Source: Rhodothermales bacterium (GTDB lineage: Bacteria; Bacteroidota; Rhodothermia; Rhodothermales; JABDKH01). Taken from it: a stretch of DNA of 64,000 nucleotides. Below, piece after piece: positions 55,440 to 64,000 of the stretch. The stretch covers positions 29,494-93,493 of the forward strand of contig CAVYIO010000031.1 in the NCBI GenBank assembly GCA_963768565.1, given 5' to 3'. The notes below the pieces were generated by a model. It was not told the origin of the DNA. It was given only the letters and a program-made list of their open reading frames with translations, and did no database searches. The stretch's first letter is position 1, and every line of letters begins with the position of its first letter. The translations under genes and the position numbers were made by a program.

Positions 55440-56909
55440 TCAGTCGTCGCCGCCGCCGGCTACCGCCAATCGGGAGAGTTCGATCAGCTTCCAGTATGGC
55501 GGCGGGTAGCCCTGCTCGGATCGAAATCGCATCGCGTCGCGATAGACGGTCGCCGCGATCGTATCGTGCCGGTCGGAGAACGACGTGTTGCGAAGCGCGG
55601 CCGCCGGAGGCATCCCCTCAGGAATCGGACCCGTACCGCCGGTCTGGTTACGAAGCCAGCTGTAGGCCTTCGCGATTCTCGCCGGAGCGAGACGGTACCA
55701 TGCGAAGTCAAGGTCGTCGCCGCGCTCGGCGCCCTCGAGCATGACGTCGATGACCGCGTTGTCGATGTGGTCCTTGAAGAGCGTCTCCGGGTCGCGCCAC
55801 TCCGCGACCACAGCCAGTTGGGGATCGTACTCGAGATCCGAGGGCTCCTGCGTTTCGAAGTGTCGAACACCGAAGGCGGAGAGCCATCGTCTCAGGCCGT
55901 CGGACGAGATGGTCGATAGTCCCATCCAGAGGGTGACGCCAACCTGGCGGTAGGCCGCCGACGCCACCTCCGAGCAGAAGAGTCGAGAGGGATCGTCATA
56001 GTCCATCTCAAAGTCGTATGGTATGTGGCCGCCCAGAGCACCTTCAAGCGCGAGGGTGGCGGCACGGTGAGGCAACATGGGATCCTCGGTGAGCGCGGGA
56101 AGATCGGCGCGAGGACGAAGCACCATGATCCGGAGCTTCTTGTCCTGCAGGTACTGTTCGGCCGTCGCGACGGCGACCCCTACCTCAATGTGTGCCTCAA
56201 TGATCGATGCCTTTCGCGTCTCGTCATCCACATGCACCAGTGCGATGTGGGAGAAATTTCCCGGATAGTCATTCCCCCTCGATATGAGCGCGGATGTCGG
56301 ATAGCCCCCTCGAGACACAAGGATGTCGCCGGAGTGAATCTGCAGTCCATTGATTTCGACCGACGGGGTGGCCGACGGTTCGGCACGACCTTCAACGAGA
56401 GTGACCATCTCATCCGAATGCTGAAGCATCACTTCTTCAACGGCGGCTCGTCCGCCATAGAGGCTACGATACAACCGCTGTCTGGCACCGATCGAATTGA
56501 CATCCCAGTCTCGCGACTGGTGCTTGATGCCGTCGCGAATCTCCCGGTAGGTCGCCACAAAACCGGGCAGGTGGTCAGGGCACGCTGCTACGGCGGGGGC
56601 AAGGTCAAAGAACGCCGTCTCGAGCGAGTCAAAAATGGGATGGTCGTACCCGTACGGACTGTGGCGGAGTTCCAGCGTCGCGCTTTGCAGGTTCGAACTT
56701 CGAGCGACTACGGATTCCGAAATTTCGTCGCAGTCGCTTTCCCGCGCGGCAACGTATTGCGATTCGAGTGCGATCCACAGAGAGTCCTGATTCCAGACGA
56801 AGCTCTGGCCCCTCACCGGGCCATCACCCGGATCGGGGGGGCTGACTGGAATAGACAGGCCAAGAAATGCTGCTGCCAGAGTCCCTGCAATTTTCGATGC
56901 TGTTTTCAT
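55440..56909 (-). CDS. Secreted protein with a YiiX/C92-type permuted papain-like (NlpC/P60 superfamily) core
   Basis: Signal peptide MKTASKIAGTLAAAFLGLSIPVS (internal ATG of track ORF 55440..56960). Core pattern GDILVSRGG...FSHIALV...IIEAHIEVGV...LFCSEVASAAYRQVG. Confidence 0.5.
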   Translation of the reverse strand: MKTASKIAGTLAAAFLGLSIPVSPPDPGDGPVRGQSFVWNQDSLWIALESQYVAARESDCDEISESVVARSSNLQSATLELRHSPYGYDHPIFDSLETAFFDLAPAVAACPDHLPGFVATYREIRDGIKHQSRDWDVNSIGARQRLYRSLYGGRAAVEEVMLQHSDEMVTLVEGRAEPSATPSVEINGLQIHSGDILVSRGGYPTSALISRGNDYPGNFSHIALVHVDDETRKASIIEAHIEVGVAVATAEQYLQDKKLRIMVLRPRADLPALTEDPMLPHRAATLALEGALGGHIPYDFEMDYDDPSRLFCSEVASAAYRQVGVTLWMGLSTISSDGLRRWLSAFGVRHFETQEPSDLEYDPQLAVVAEWRDPETLFKDHIDNAVIDVMLEGAERGDDLDFAWYRLAPARIAKAYSWLRNQTGGTGPIPEGMPPAAALRNTSFSDRHDTIAATVYRDAMRFRSEQGYPPPYWKLIELSRLAVAGGGDD

Positions 56910-57084
56910 AAAGGCACTGATGTGGCTATGGCAAGGCGTGGCATGTCCGGGAATGCTCATACACTCGAAGTAGCGATGCTGTTCGGCCGGATGATTGCTG
57001 GATTTCCGCTATCACACCCATGAGCACGCCACTGATTCTTGCACTCGCTCCGTCATCCGATCTCCCTGTGGATGGCCATCGAGA

Positions 57085-57870
57085 TTAAAGTCGCACGCGG
57101 ATCCCGTTTTCGACGAACAGGTCGTGCTTCTTGAGATTGTCGGGTGGCCCGTTGTCGAATCGTTGGCGAAGGGCTACGCGGAGCGACACCACTTCTGTAA
57201 TGCCGACCTCAAACGCCGCATCGTGCAGGAGGCGGACGTCCGAGAACCGGTCAACGCGCGGTTGCGCGTAGACGGTGCTCGACAACACGCTTCGCTTATT
57301 GATCTCCCACCGGAAACTGACGTAGTTGCTCCACCGAATTACTTCAGAGGCAGCTGGATGAACGGAGACCCTGGACCCATCGAGATTCTCGAACTCGACC
57401 ATCATTGACGAACCATATATAATATCCAGGTGCTTTGCCGATGCGACTCTCAGTCGAGCGCCGGCTCCGACCAGGGCGCGGAGTTGCAGCAGCGTAAAGC
57501 GGTCGCGCTCGAGTTGCCCGAATACTTCACCGGCAATCCGCTCAGCGAACCAGTGCGTGTAGCGAAGGTGCCCGAAAGACGAACTGGCATATCGGGTTCC
57601 GTTGTTTTCACCGTATCGAATGCGCGCGACGGCGAGTATGGTGTGTTGCCCCGACTGATGGTGAAGTCGTCCTCCCGCGGCGATGTCGTACAGATCGGAA
57701 TTCCCCGACCGGACGGACACCGATGCGTCCAACGCAACGGTCGTGCCCTCGTCCGCGGATCGATGCTGCTCGATGTTCACCTGTGCGAAACACGGGACGG
57801 CGAACATGAGCGCAGATGCCACGCCGATGAGAACACGACGAACGTGTCGATAGCGTGAGACGCAATGCAT
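57085..57870 (-). CDS. DUF481-like outer-membrane beta-barrel protein
   Basis: Internal ATG of track ORF 57085..58041 gives MHCVSRYRHVRRVLIGVASALMFAVPCFAQ. Repetitive beta-strand pattern and ERDRFTLLQLR motif. Confidence 0.5.
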   Translation of the reverse strand: MHCVSRYRHVRRVLIGVASALMFAVPCFAQVNIEQHRSADEGTTVALDASVSVRSGNSDLYDIAAGGRLHHQSGQHTILAVARIRYGENNGTRYASSSFGHLRYTHWFAERIAGEVFGQLERDRFTLLQLRALVGAGARLRVASAKHLDIIYGSSMMVEFENLDGSRVSVHPAASEVIRWSNYVSFRWEINKRSVLSSTVYAQPRVDRFSDVRLLHDAAFEVGITEVVSLRVALRQRFDNGPPDNLKKHDLFVENGIRVRL

Positions 57871-58240
57871 GCGTTGCACGACCGCGTAAGTGAGCGACGG
57901 GAATACTGAGGAGACCATTCTGGATACGACTTCGTTCTGAACGACGGGACGATTGAGCGCCATCATACACGTACGACGGCCAGACGGTTCGCATCGCGGG
58001 CCTCTCTTCATCAATTGGACGCCGCGACCGCCACCCTGCACTGCTGCGACCTTCGATATTCACGAGGGCCGATGCCGCAGTACGGCCACCTCACTAATCT
58101 TGCGGAGATTTTGAACAGCTAGTGATTCGGATCGCATAAAGACCGACTTTTTTGTTCATCCGGTAGCGACTCCATCCTCTGATCCCGATAATGCCTGCAC
58201 GTTGCAATGCGTAACCGTGTGACCCCATCTGCGGACCGAC

Positions 58241-59131
58241 ATGAAATGGATGTTGAAAGCACCGTCCGGCTATTCACTGGACGCGGTCGTCCAGTCGCAC
58301 GGCTGGTCGCAGCTCGACCCGTTCCAGATATTGGAGCCATCGGGTCTTTCCTGCGTCATCGGACTCTCGTCCGACGTGGCGGTACTGGTCTCCGTCACTG
58401 AGCAGAAGCGCGGTCTGGTTGTCTCCACCGCGGCCAGGCTTGGAAGTCGGCAGCGTGCGCGGGTCGACGCAAGCCTCAACTGGATGCTTGGACTGGACCA
58501 GGAGTTTCGAACCTTCTACAGGGCCGCTCGCGCTGAACCCAAACTCGCGCGCGTGCCCAGAGAGGGCTGGGGCCGCATGCTTCGCTCCGCAACCCTGTTC
58601 GAGGACGTCGTAAAGACGATCCTCACAACGAATACGACGTGGGCAGGTACCATTCGGATGGTGTCCAGACTGGTCAACCTGTACGGCATCGCCATCGCGG
58701 GTGATGACCACCTCAAGGCGTTCCCCACACCGGAACGGCTGGCATCGGCAAGTCCGGATGAACTTCGCAAGGAAACAGGTCTCGGGTACCGGGCGCCCTA
58801 CGTGTCTGCGCTCGCGGAAGGTGTGGCCTCGGGGTCAATAGATCTCGATGCCATCAGAGAATCCGATCTGCCTACGCCGGAACTGCGAAAGCAGCTGTTG
58901 TCGCTGAAGGGTGTGGGGCCGTACGCTGCAGCGACATTACTGATGTTACTGGGTCGCTACGATTACCTGCCGGTCGATTCCTGGGCGCTGAAGCTGGTAT
59001 CCACGGAATGGTACGACGGAGAACCAGTCGGCAAAGTGGAGGTCGAGTCTGCATTCGAACAGTGGGGCGAATGGAAGGCGCTCGCGTACTGGTTCTGGGA
59101 CTGGGAGCTGCTCAAAGAGCGAAGCGGCTGA
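58241..59131 (+). CDS. DNA-3-methyladenine glycosylase II-type HhH-GPD base-excision enzyme (AlkA-like)
   Basis: HhH motif LLSLKGVGPYAAATLLML followed by the catalytic Asp context YLPVDSWA. Confidence 0.8.
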   Translation: MKWMLKAPSGYSLDAVVQSHGWSQLDPFQILEPSGLSCVIGLSSDVAVLVSVTEQKRGLVVSTAARLGSRQRARVDASLNWMLGLDQEFRTFYRAARAEPKLARVPREGWGRMLRSATLFEDVVKTILTTNTTWAGTIRMVSRLVNLYGIAIAGDDHLKAFPTPERLASASPDELRKETGLGYRAPYVSALAEGVASGSIDLDAIRESDLPTPELRKQLLSLKGVGPYAAATLLMLLGRYDYLPVDSWALKLVSTEWYDGEPVGKVEVESAFEQWGEWKALAYWFWDWELLKERSG

Positions 59132-59285
59132 GGCTGAATGTTTCCAGACCGGCCGGATGGGGAAAGTTGCCGTTCCGATTGCCGTCGGCAGGCCGGGAAC
59201 AGGTGCTTGATCGCGTGAAGGAAATGGATCCTTTGATTCGGCGTGCGGTTCCATACCGCTATCACGCAAACATCGTCGGTCGATT

Positions 59286-59510
59286 ATGCCCACATACGAA
59301 TACGCCTGCAGAGATTGCGGGACGCCCTTCGAATTGAAGGCTACCATTGCTGAATATGAGTCGGGACTCGATACGAGTTGCCCACTCTGTGAGTCCGGGG
59401 AGACAGATCGCAAGTTCTCAGCCGCATTCGTGGGGTCAGGCTCGTCGTCGCAGCCGGTGTCGGCAGGACCATCCTGCGGCTGCGGGATGGGCGGGTGCGG
59501 CCAGCACTGA
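59286..59510 (+). CDS. FmdB-family zinc-ribbon protein
   Basis: MPTYEYACRDCGTPFE...CPLCESGE... followed by a Gly/Cys tail. This is the CxxC_CxxC_SSSS signature. Confidence 0.8.
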   Translation: MPTYEYACRDCGTPFELKATIAEYESGLDTSCPLCESGETDRKFSAAFVGSGSSSQPVSAGPSCGCGMGGCGQH

Positions 59511-59730
59511 GGCTGGAGACTTGCGACGGAACGGTGGGGTCGAAGCGACCCTGCGGGGCGTGCCCGGGCTGTGAATGTCCTGCCCTCATTGGTCATCGGC
59601 GCTCGGCGGGAAACAGCCAGTCGGGCAACGCATCCGGCGACTTCGCGGTCGCTGCAATTCCCAGGCGATAATTACTGCCGGCGTTGGCACCCCGGCCTCT
59701 CACGATCCGCCCACACGACACCCTGCATGT

Positions 59731-60786
59731 ATGAACCGGCCAATCAGTTTGTTACTCGTCTTGCTGTTCGCGGGCTGCAGCTCGTCGGATCCGATCGACG
59801 ACAGTACCGATGATCCAGTCTTCGATTATCCATCCCTGAAAGCGCTTGCGCCGTACGGGGTGGGTGTCGCATTCAAGTCCGAACTGATCCCGTTTGTTCA
59901 TCATCGCGAGAATGTGGTGTACACGTTCGATCAGCTCACGGCAGAGTGGGAAATGAAGATGAACCCGATGTCCGTCGGGCCGAATCAGTATAACTGGGAT
60001 GGTGCGGATGCGCTCGTTGCGTTCGCCACTTCGAACGGAATGAAAGTTCACGGTCATGCGCTGCTGTGGCATTCGACGGTGCCGTCGTGGCTTGAGAATT
60101 TTGCCGGCACGGATACGCAGTTTGAGGAGGCGGTTCGCACGTACATCACCGCGGTTGTTCAACGGTACAAGGATTCGGTCGTAAGCTGGGACGTCGTCAA
60201 CGAGGCGTTCGAGGACAATTCCGGTGCAATGCGCAACAGCGTGTTCCGGCGTCGCATGGGTCCGGATTATATCGCCAAGGTTTTTGCTTTTGCCCACGAT
60301 GCGGATCCGGACGCCTTGCTCTTCTACAACGACTATGGACTGACGTGGGACGCTGCAAAACGAAGTGCTGCGTTTCAGATGGTCGATGACCTGCAGGCCC
60401 GAGGTGTTCCGATCCACGGGGTCGGCTTGCAGATGCACATCACCTATTCGTTCCCTGCGCTCTCGGACATTGCGAGCACCATGAATGAAATCGTGCAGCG
60501 AGATCTGCAGGTTCACATTTCAGAGCTTGACATTCGCATCAATCCTGATGGCGATCTATCTGCTCCAACCCCCGCACGTGAAGCGGCGCAGAGAGTTCGC
60601 ACGCGCCAGGTGATCGAGGCCTTCAATGCGCTGCCGTCGGACAAGCGTTTCGCGGTGACGGTGTGGGGAGTGCGGCATTCCGAGAGCTGGCTGATAGACT
60701 TCTGGGGTAATCCGGAGTGGCCGTTGCTCTTCGACGACAACTTCGTTCCAGGCCCTGCGCATAGCGGATTCGTTGACGCGCTCTGA
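59731..60786 (+). CDS. Endo-1,4-beta-xylanase, glycoside hydrolase family 10, lipoprotein
   Basis: Internal ATG of track ORF 59575..60786 gives MNRPISLLLVLLFAGC. Motifs HGHALLWH, WDVVNEA (acid/base Glu) and HISELDI (nucleophile Glu). Confidence 0.9.
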   Translation: MNRPISLLLVLLFAGCSSSDPIDDSTDDPVFDYPSLKALAPYGVGVAFKSELIPFVHHRENVVYTFDQLTAEWEMKMNPMSVGPNQYNWDGADALVAFATSNGMKVHGHALLWHSTVPSWLENFAGTDTQFEEAVRTYITAVVQRYKDSVVSWDVVNEAFEDNSGAMRNSVFRRRMGPDYIAKVFAFAHDADPDALLFYNDYGLTWDAAKRSAAFQMVDDLQARGVPIHGVGLQMHITYSFPALSDIASTMNEIVQRDLQVHISELDIRINPDGDLSAPTPAREAAQRVRTRQVIEAFNALPSDKRFAVTVWGVRHSESWLIDFWGNPEWPLLFDDNFVPGPAHSGFVDAL

Positions 60787-60932
60787 TCGTCATTCGCGTA
60801 TCTGTGACTTGTGGCAGAGTAGCGGAACGTCTCTCCTATAGAGTGCATGGGCGAAATTCGATCAGGTGCCATGCCGGTTGAATGCGACGGGGTGACCCGA
60901 CGATGCCCCGGCGTGGCCGGCGATTCACCGAC

Positions 60933-61250
60933 ATGAAAGAAAAGGCCGCCAGACATTCAGAAAGATCGCTGACGCGACCGGACAACGACCTTCAGTCGAT
61001 TCCGGGTGTTGGGCCGAGCATCGCGCAGGACCTTCTGGACCTTGGCTTTCAGCGCGTTTCCGATCTTGCGGATGGCGACCCGGAAGCGATGTACGAGCGG
61101 CTGTGCGAGTCCACAGGTTCTCATGTCGATCGATGCGTGCTATACGTCTTTCGATGCGCGACGTACTATGCGAGCAACCGCGTGCACGACCCGGAGCTCT
61201 TGAAGTGGTGGAACTGGAAGGACGTGAAGCAGGAGCAATCGGAGACATAG
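60933..61250 (+). CDS. Helix-hairpin-helix domain protein (Cdd1/'pathogenicity locus' PF11731-like)
   Basis: Internal ATG of track ORF 60882..61250. DLQSIPGVGPSIAQDLLDLGF HhH motif, then CVLYVFRCATYY. Confidence 0.55.
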   Translation: MKEKAARHSERSLTRPDNDLQSIPGVGPSIAQDLLDLGFQRVSDLADGDPEAMYERLCESTGSHVDRCVLYVFRCATYYASNRVHDPELLKWWNWKDVKQEQSET

Positions 61251-61302
61251 CGGGTTTATCCGATTACTTCACATCGTCACATTCCGGGATAGCCGGTCGA
61301 AC

Positions 61303-61947
61303 GTGCTCACTTCATCTGAAAGACTACAGACGCGTGCCGAGGAAATCGCCAACGCAGTCAGTCACGGCATTGGTTTCCTGGCGGCTGTGATTGCAGTTCC
61401 GATTCTGATCTGGGCCGTCGTGCAAAGGAGTGATGTGGCGGGCCTCGTAGGCGTGAGTGTGTTTGGCGCTGCCACGCTGCTGCTGTATCTCACCTCGACG
61501 CTCTATCACGCGCTACCGGGCAGCCGGGCGAAGCGGGTGCTCCGCGTACTCGATCACATGGCGATCTTCCTGATGATCGCGGGCAGTTACACGCCGTTTA
61601 CGCTCGGTGTGCTTCGGGGCGGCTGGGGTTGGGCGTTGTTCGGCACGATCTGGAGTCTGGCCCTGGCCGGAATTATCCTGAAGCTGCTCTTCGGAACGCG
61701 CTATCCTATCGTCTCGAACGCAGTGTATCTCGGTATGGGCTGGTTGGTCGTGGTTGCGATCAAGCCGCTGTGGTCCGTGTTGCCGGGTTGGGGGTTTTTC
61801 TGGCTCGCTGCGGGTGGAATCGCGTACACGGTGGGCGTCTTCTTTTATGCGAGAGATCAAGTTCCTTTCGGTCATTTTGTCTGGCACCTCTTTGTTCTGG
61901 CTGGCTCGGCGTGCCATTTCGTGGCCATCTACCTGTATGCCGTGTAG
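61303..61947 (+). CDS. Hemolysin III / PAQR-family membrane protein
   Basis: Seven TM segments. EEIANAVSHGIGF, LYLTSTLYH, DHMAIFLMIAGSYTP and HFVWHLFVLAGSACH motifs. Confidence 0.85.
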   Translation: MLTSSERLQTRAEEIANAVSHGIGFLAAVIAVPILIWAVVQRSDVAGLVGVSVFGAATLLLYLTSTLYHALPGSRAKRVLRVLDHMAIFLMIAGSYTPFTLGVLRGGWGWALFGTIWSLALAGIILKLLFGTRYPIVSNAVYLGMGWLVVVAIKPLWSVLPGWGFFWLAAGGIAYTVGVFFYARDQVPFGHFVWHLFVLAGSACHFVAIYLYAV

Positions 61948-62015
61948 GCGAGTCGGCTTCGGCGCGAATCGGGTTATCGGCCTCCACCAAGAATGTGTGA
62001 CTGCGGAACGTTCTG

Positions 62016-63887
62016 GTGTCGCCGGTCTTTGACGATCTCCTTTGCACACTTTACCTGGCTCCGAACGTGTTTAGTCTGAGAAATATCGCCATCGTCGCAC
62101 ACGTTGATCATGGCAAGACCACCCTGGTCGATGCCATGCTGTGGCAGAGCGGTACCTTTCGGGACAACCAGGATGTTCAGGAGCGCGTGATGGACTCGAT
62201 GGATCTCGAGCGCGAAAAGGGCATCACGATCATGGCAAAGAACACGGCCGTCAGGCACGGGGAAGTCAAGATCAACATTGTCGATACCCCCGGCCATGCC
62301 GACTTCGGGGGTGAGGTGGAGCGTACCCTGCGAATGGTTGACGGCATCATGCTGCTCGTGGATGCGGCCGAGGGACCATTGCCGCAGACGCGCTTCGTGT
62401 TGACCAAGGCGCTTGAACTGAGCCTTCCTGCGATTGTCGTCATCAACAAGATCGATCGACAGGACGCACGCCCGGAGGAGGTGTTGAGCGAGATCTACGA
62501 CCTGTTCATTGATCTCGATGCTTCGGATGAGCAGATCGAGTTCCCGGTGATCTATGCGGTAGCCCGCGACGGGAAATGTACTCGTGATCCAGACGGCGAG
62601 CTGACCGATCTCGAGCCGCTGTTCGAGACGATAATCGACACGATTCCGGCGCCGGTTGGCGACGGGTCGGCATCGCTGCAGGTGCTTGTAACGAATGTGC
62701 AGCCGGATCCATACCGTGGACCGCTGGCTATCGGTCGCGTCATGCAGGGGACGCTCGAAAATCGAAAGCCGGTTACGCTCTGTCATCGCGATAAATCCCT
62801 CACCACGGCGTCGATCACGGCGCTATACGTTTACGAAGGTCTTGATCGTGTCGAGGTGGATGAGGCCGGGCCGGGAAACATCGTTGCTGTTGCCGGCATG
62901 ACGGGAATCGGCCTCGGTGAGAGTATTGCGGACGGCGAAAATCCCACGCCGCTCGCGCCGCTCCATGTCGACGAGCCGACCATGTCCATGGAGTTTCGTA
63001 TCAACGATTCGCCGTTCAGCGGTCGCGAGGGGAGGTTCGTTACTTCGCGTAACCTCCGGGATCGCCTGATGAAAGAGATCGCGCATAACCTCGCCATTCG
63101 TTTGGAAGAAACGGATGCTGCCGACCGGTTTGTTGTGTTTGGCCGGGGCGAGCTCCAGATGGCCATCCTGATCGAACAGATGCGTCGCGAGGGATATGAG
63201 TTCTCGGTGGGCATGCCGCAGGTTATCCAGAGGACCGTCGGGGGCAAGATCCACGAACCGTATGAAACGGCCCTCATCGACGTCGCCGAGGATTACATGG
63301 GCGTCGTGGTCCAGAAGCTCGGCACGCGCAAGGGAATCATGACGAAGATGGTGAACCATGGCTCGGGGCGCGTACGTCTCGAATTCGAAATTCCGAGTCG
63401 CGGATTGATCGGCTATCGAACAGAGTTCATGACCGACACCAAGGGAACCGGCATCTTGACGCATCTCTTCGCTGACTACCGTCCGTGGTCGGGCGACATC
63501 GTACATCGTGTTACGGGGGCGCTTGTCGCTGACCGCACCGGCAAAGTGACCGGCTATGCCGCGATCAACTTGCAGGACCGGGGCGAGCTTTTCGTGGCGC
63601 CGACCGACGAAGTGTACAGCGGCATGATCGTTGGCGAGAACGGTCGGGATGCAGATCTCGACGTGAATATCACGAAGGAGAAGAAGCAGACAAACATGCG
63701 GGCGGCGGCGGCGGACTCGTTCGAGAAAATCGTGCCACCGCGACGTATGTCGCTTGAGGAGTCCATCGAGTTCATTCGAGAGGATGAGTTGATCGAGATC
63801 ACTCCGAAGAGCCTGCGGATGCGCAAGCGCTACCTCGATCCGCACCAACGAAAGCGACATGCGCTCGGAAAGGCCGAGGTCGCGTAG
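62016..63887 (+). CDS. typA: Translational GTPase TypA/BipA
   Basis: [25 protein letters not shown] and NKIDR motifs. Full-length family architecture. The true start is probably the in-frame GTG at 62067 ([10 protein letters not shown]), not the track start. Confidence 0.95.
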   Translation: MSPVFDDLLCTLYLAPNVFSLRNIAIVAHVDHGKTTLVDAMLWQSGTFRDNQDVQERVMDSMDLEREKGITIMAKNTAVRHGEVKINIVDTPGHADFGGEVERTLRMVDGIMLLVDAAEGPLPQTRFVLTKALELSLPAIVVINKIDRQDARPEEVLSEIYDLFIDLDASDEQIEFPVIYAVARDGKCTRDPDGELTDLEPLFETIIDTIPAPVGDGSASLQVLVTNVQPDPYRGPLAIGRVMQGTLENRKPVTLCHRDKSLTTASITALYVYEGLDRVEVDEAGPGNIVAVAGMTGIGLGESIADGENPTPLAPLHVDEPTMSMEFRINDSPFSGREGRFVTSRNLRDRLMKEIAHNLAIRLEETDAADRFVVFGRGELQMAILIEQMRREGYEFSVGMPQVIQRTVGGKIHEPYETALIDVAEDYMGVVVQKLGTRKGIMTKMVNHGSGRVRLEFEIPSRGLIGYRTEFMTDTKGTGILTHLFADYRPWSGDIVHRVTGALVADRTGKVTGYAAINLQDRGELFVAPTDEVYSGMIVGENGRDADLDVNITKEKKQTNMRAAAADSFEKIVPPRRMSLEESIEFIREDELIEITPKSLRMRKRYLDPHQRKRHALGKAEVA

Positions 63888-64000
63888 TCGGCTGTTGCCT
63901 CTTCAGAGGAGGCCTCGTCGCGATACCTGTTGGATCCGGGACGTCTTTCTGCCGTCACACAACATGGGCCCCTCGACAAGCTCGGGGTGACGATAGCCGG

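Noticed and set aside
54290-57023. Plus-strand ORFs 54290..55084, 55326..55919 and 56025..57023, opposite the acidic lipoprotein and the C92-like gene
   Set aside because: They lack signal or family motifs and have biased composition. The minus-strand genes have lipobox or signal peptides and recognisable cores.
62823-63860. 345-aa minus-strand ORF antisense to typA
   Set aside because: TypA/BipA on the plus strand is unambiguous (G1-G4 motifs, full length). The antisense ORF has no recognisable features.

Overview
GC-rich bacterial chromosomal window that opens on the replication-initiation locus. dnaN and dnaA lie on the minus strand, followed by a ~750-bp gene-free putative oriC, then yceD-rpmF-plsX-fabH-fabD-fabG on the plus strand. 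About 60 further protein-coding genes follow, mostly plus-strand. Type IX secretion C-terminal sorting domains, a CBM9/DUF5916-type protein and many lipoprotein or signal peptides suggest (inference only) a Bacteroidota/Rhodothermota-like diderm.

Content:
- Fatty-acid/phospholipid initiation genes.
- An unusually dense set of secreted peptidases: M49-like, S10, S15 CocE/NonD, S9 DPP-IV, retropepsin-like and C92/YiiX-like.
- Two paralogous SLC12-type (cation-chloride cotransporter-like) permeases.
- A crcB-DUF190 fluoride module inside a 4-gene operon.
- A pdaD / deoxyhypusine-synthase-like / agmatinase polyamine operon.
- Nitrilase, GH10 xylanase, AlkA-like glycosylase, LOG, TypA/BipA.

I recognised no rRNA, tRNA, CRISPR array, transposase, integrase or phage gene.

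Most noteworthy observations:
1. A short SecA2-like ATPase with a predicted C-terminal membrane anchor.
2. A ChaN-like protein interrupted by a 141-bp tandem repeat that encodes a Met/His/Cys-rich, metal-binding-looking insert.
3. A stand-alone protein made of two PARP-type zinc fingers.
4. A ~70-bp direct repeat bracketing a retropepsin-like gene, which looks like an insertion scar.
5. A systematic pattern of genes broken by single extra bases. This is more likely sequence error than pseudogenisation.

Limits: all family assignments were made by eye from motifs in the supplied translations. No alignment, HMM, folding or GC-skew computation was run.
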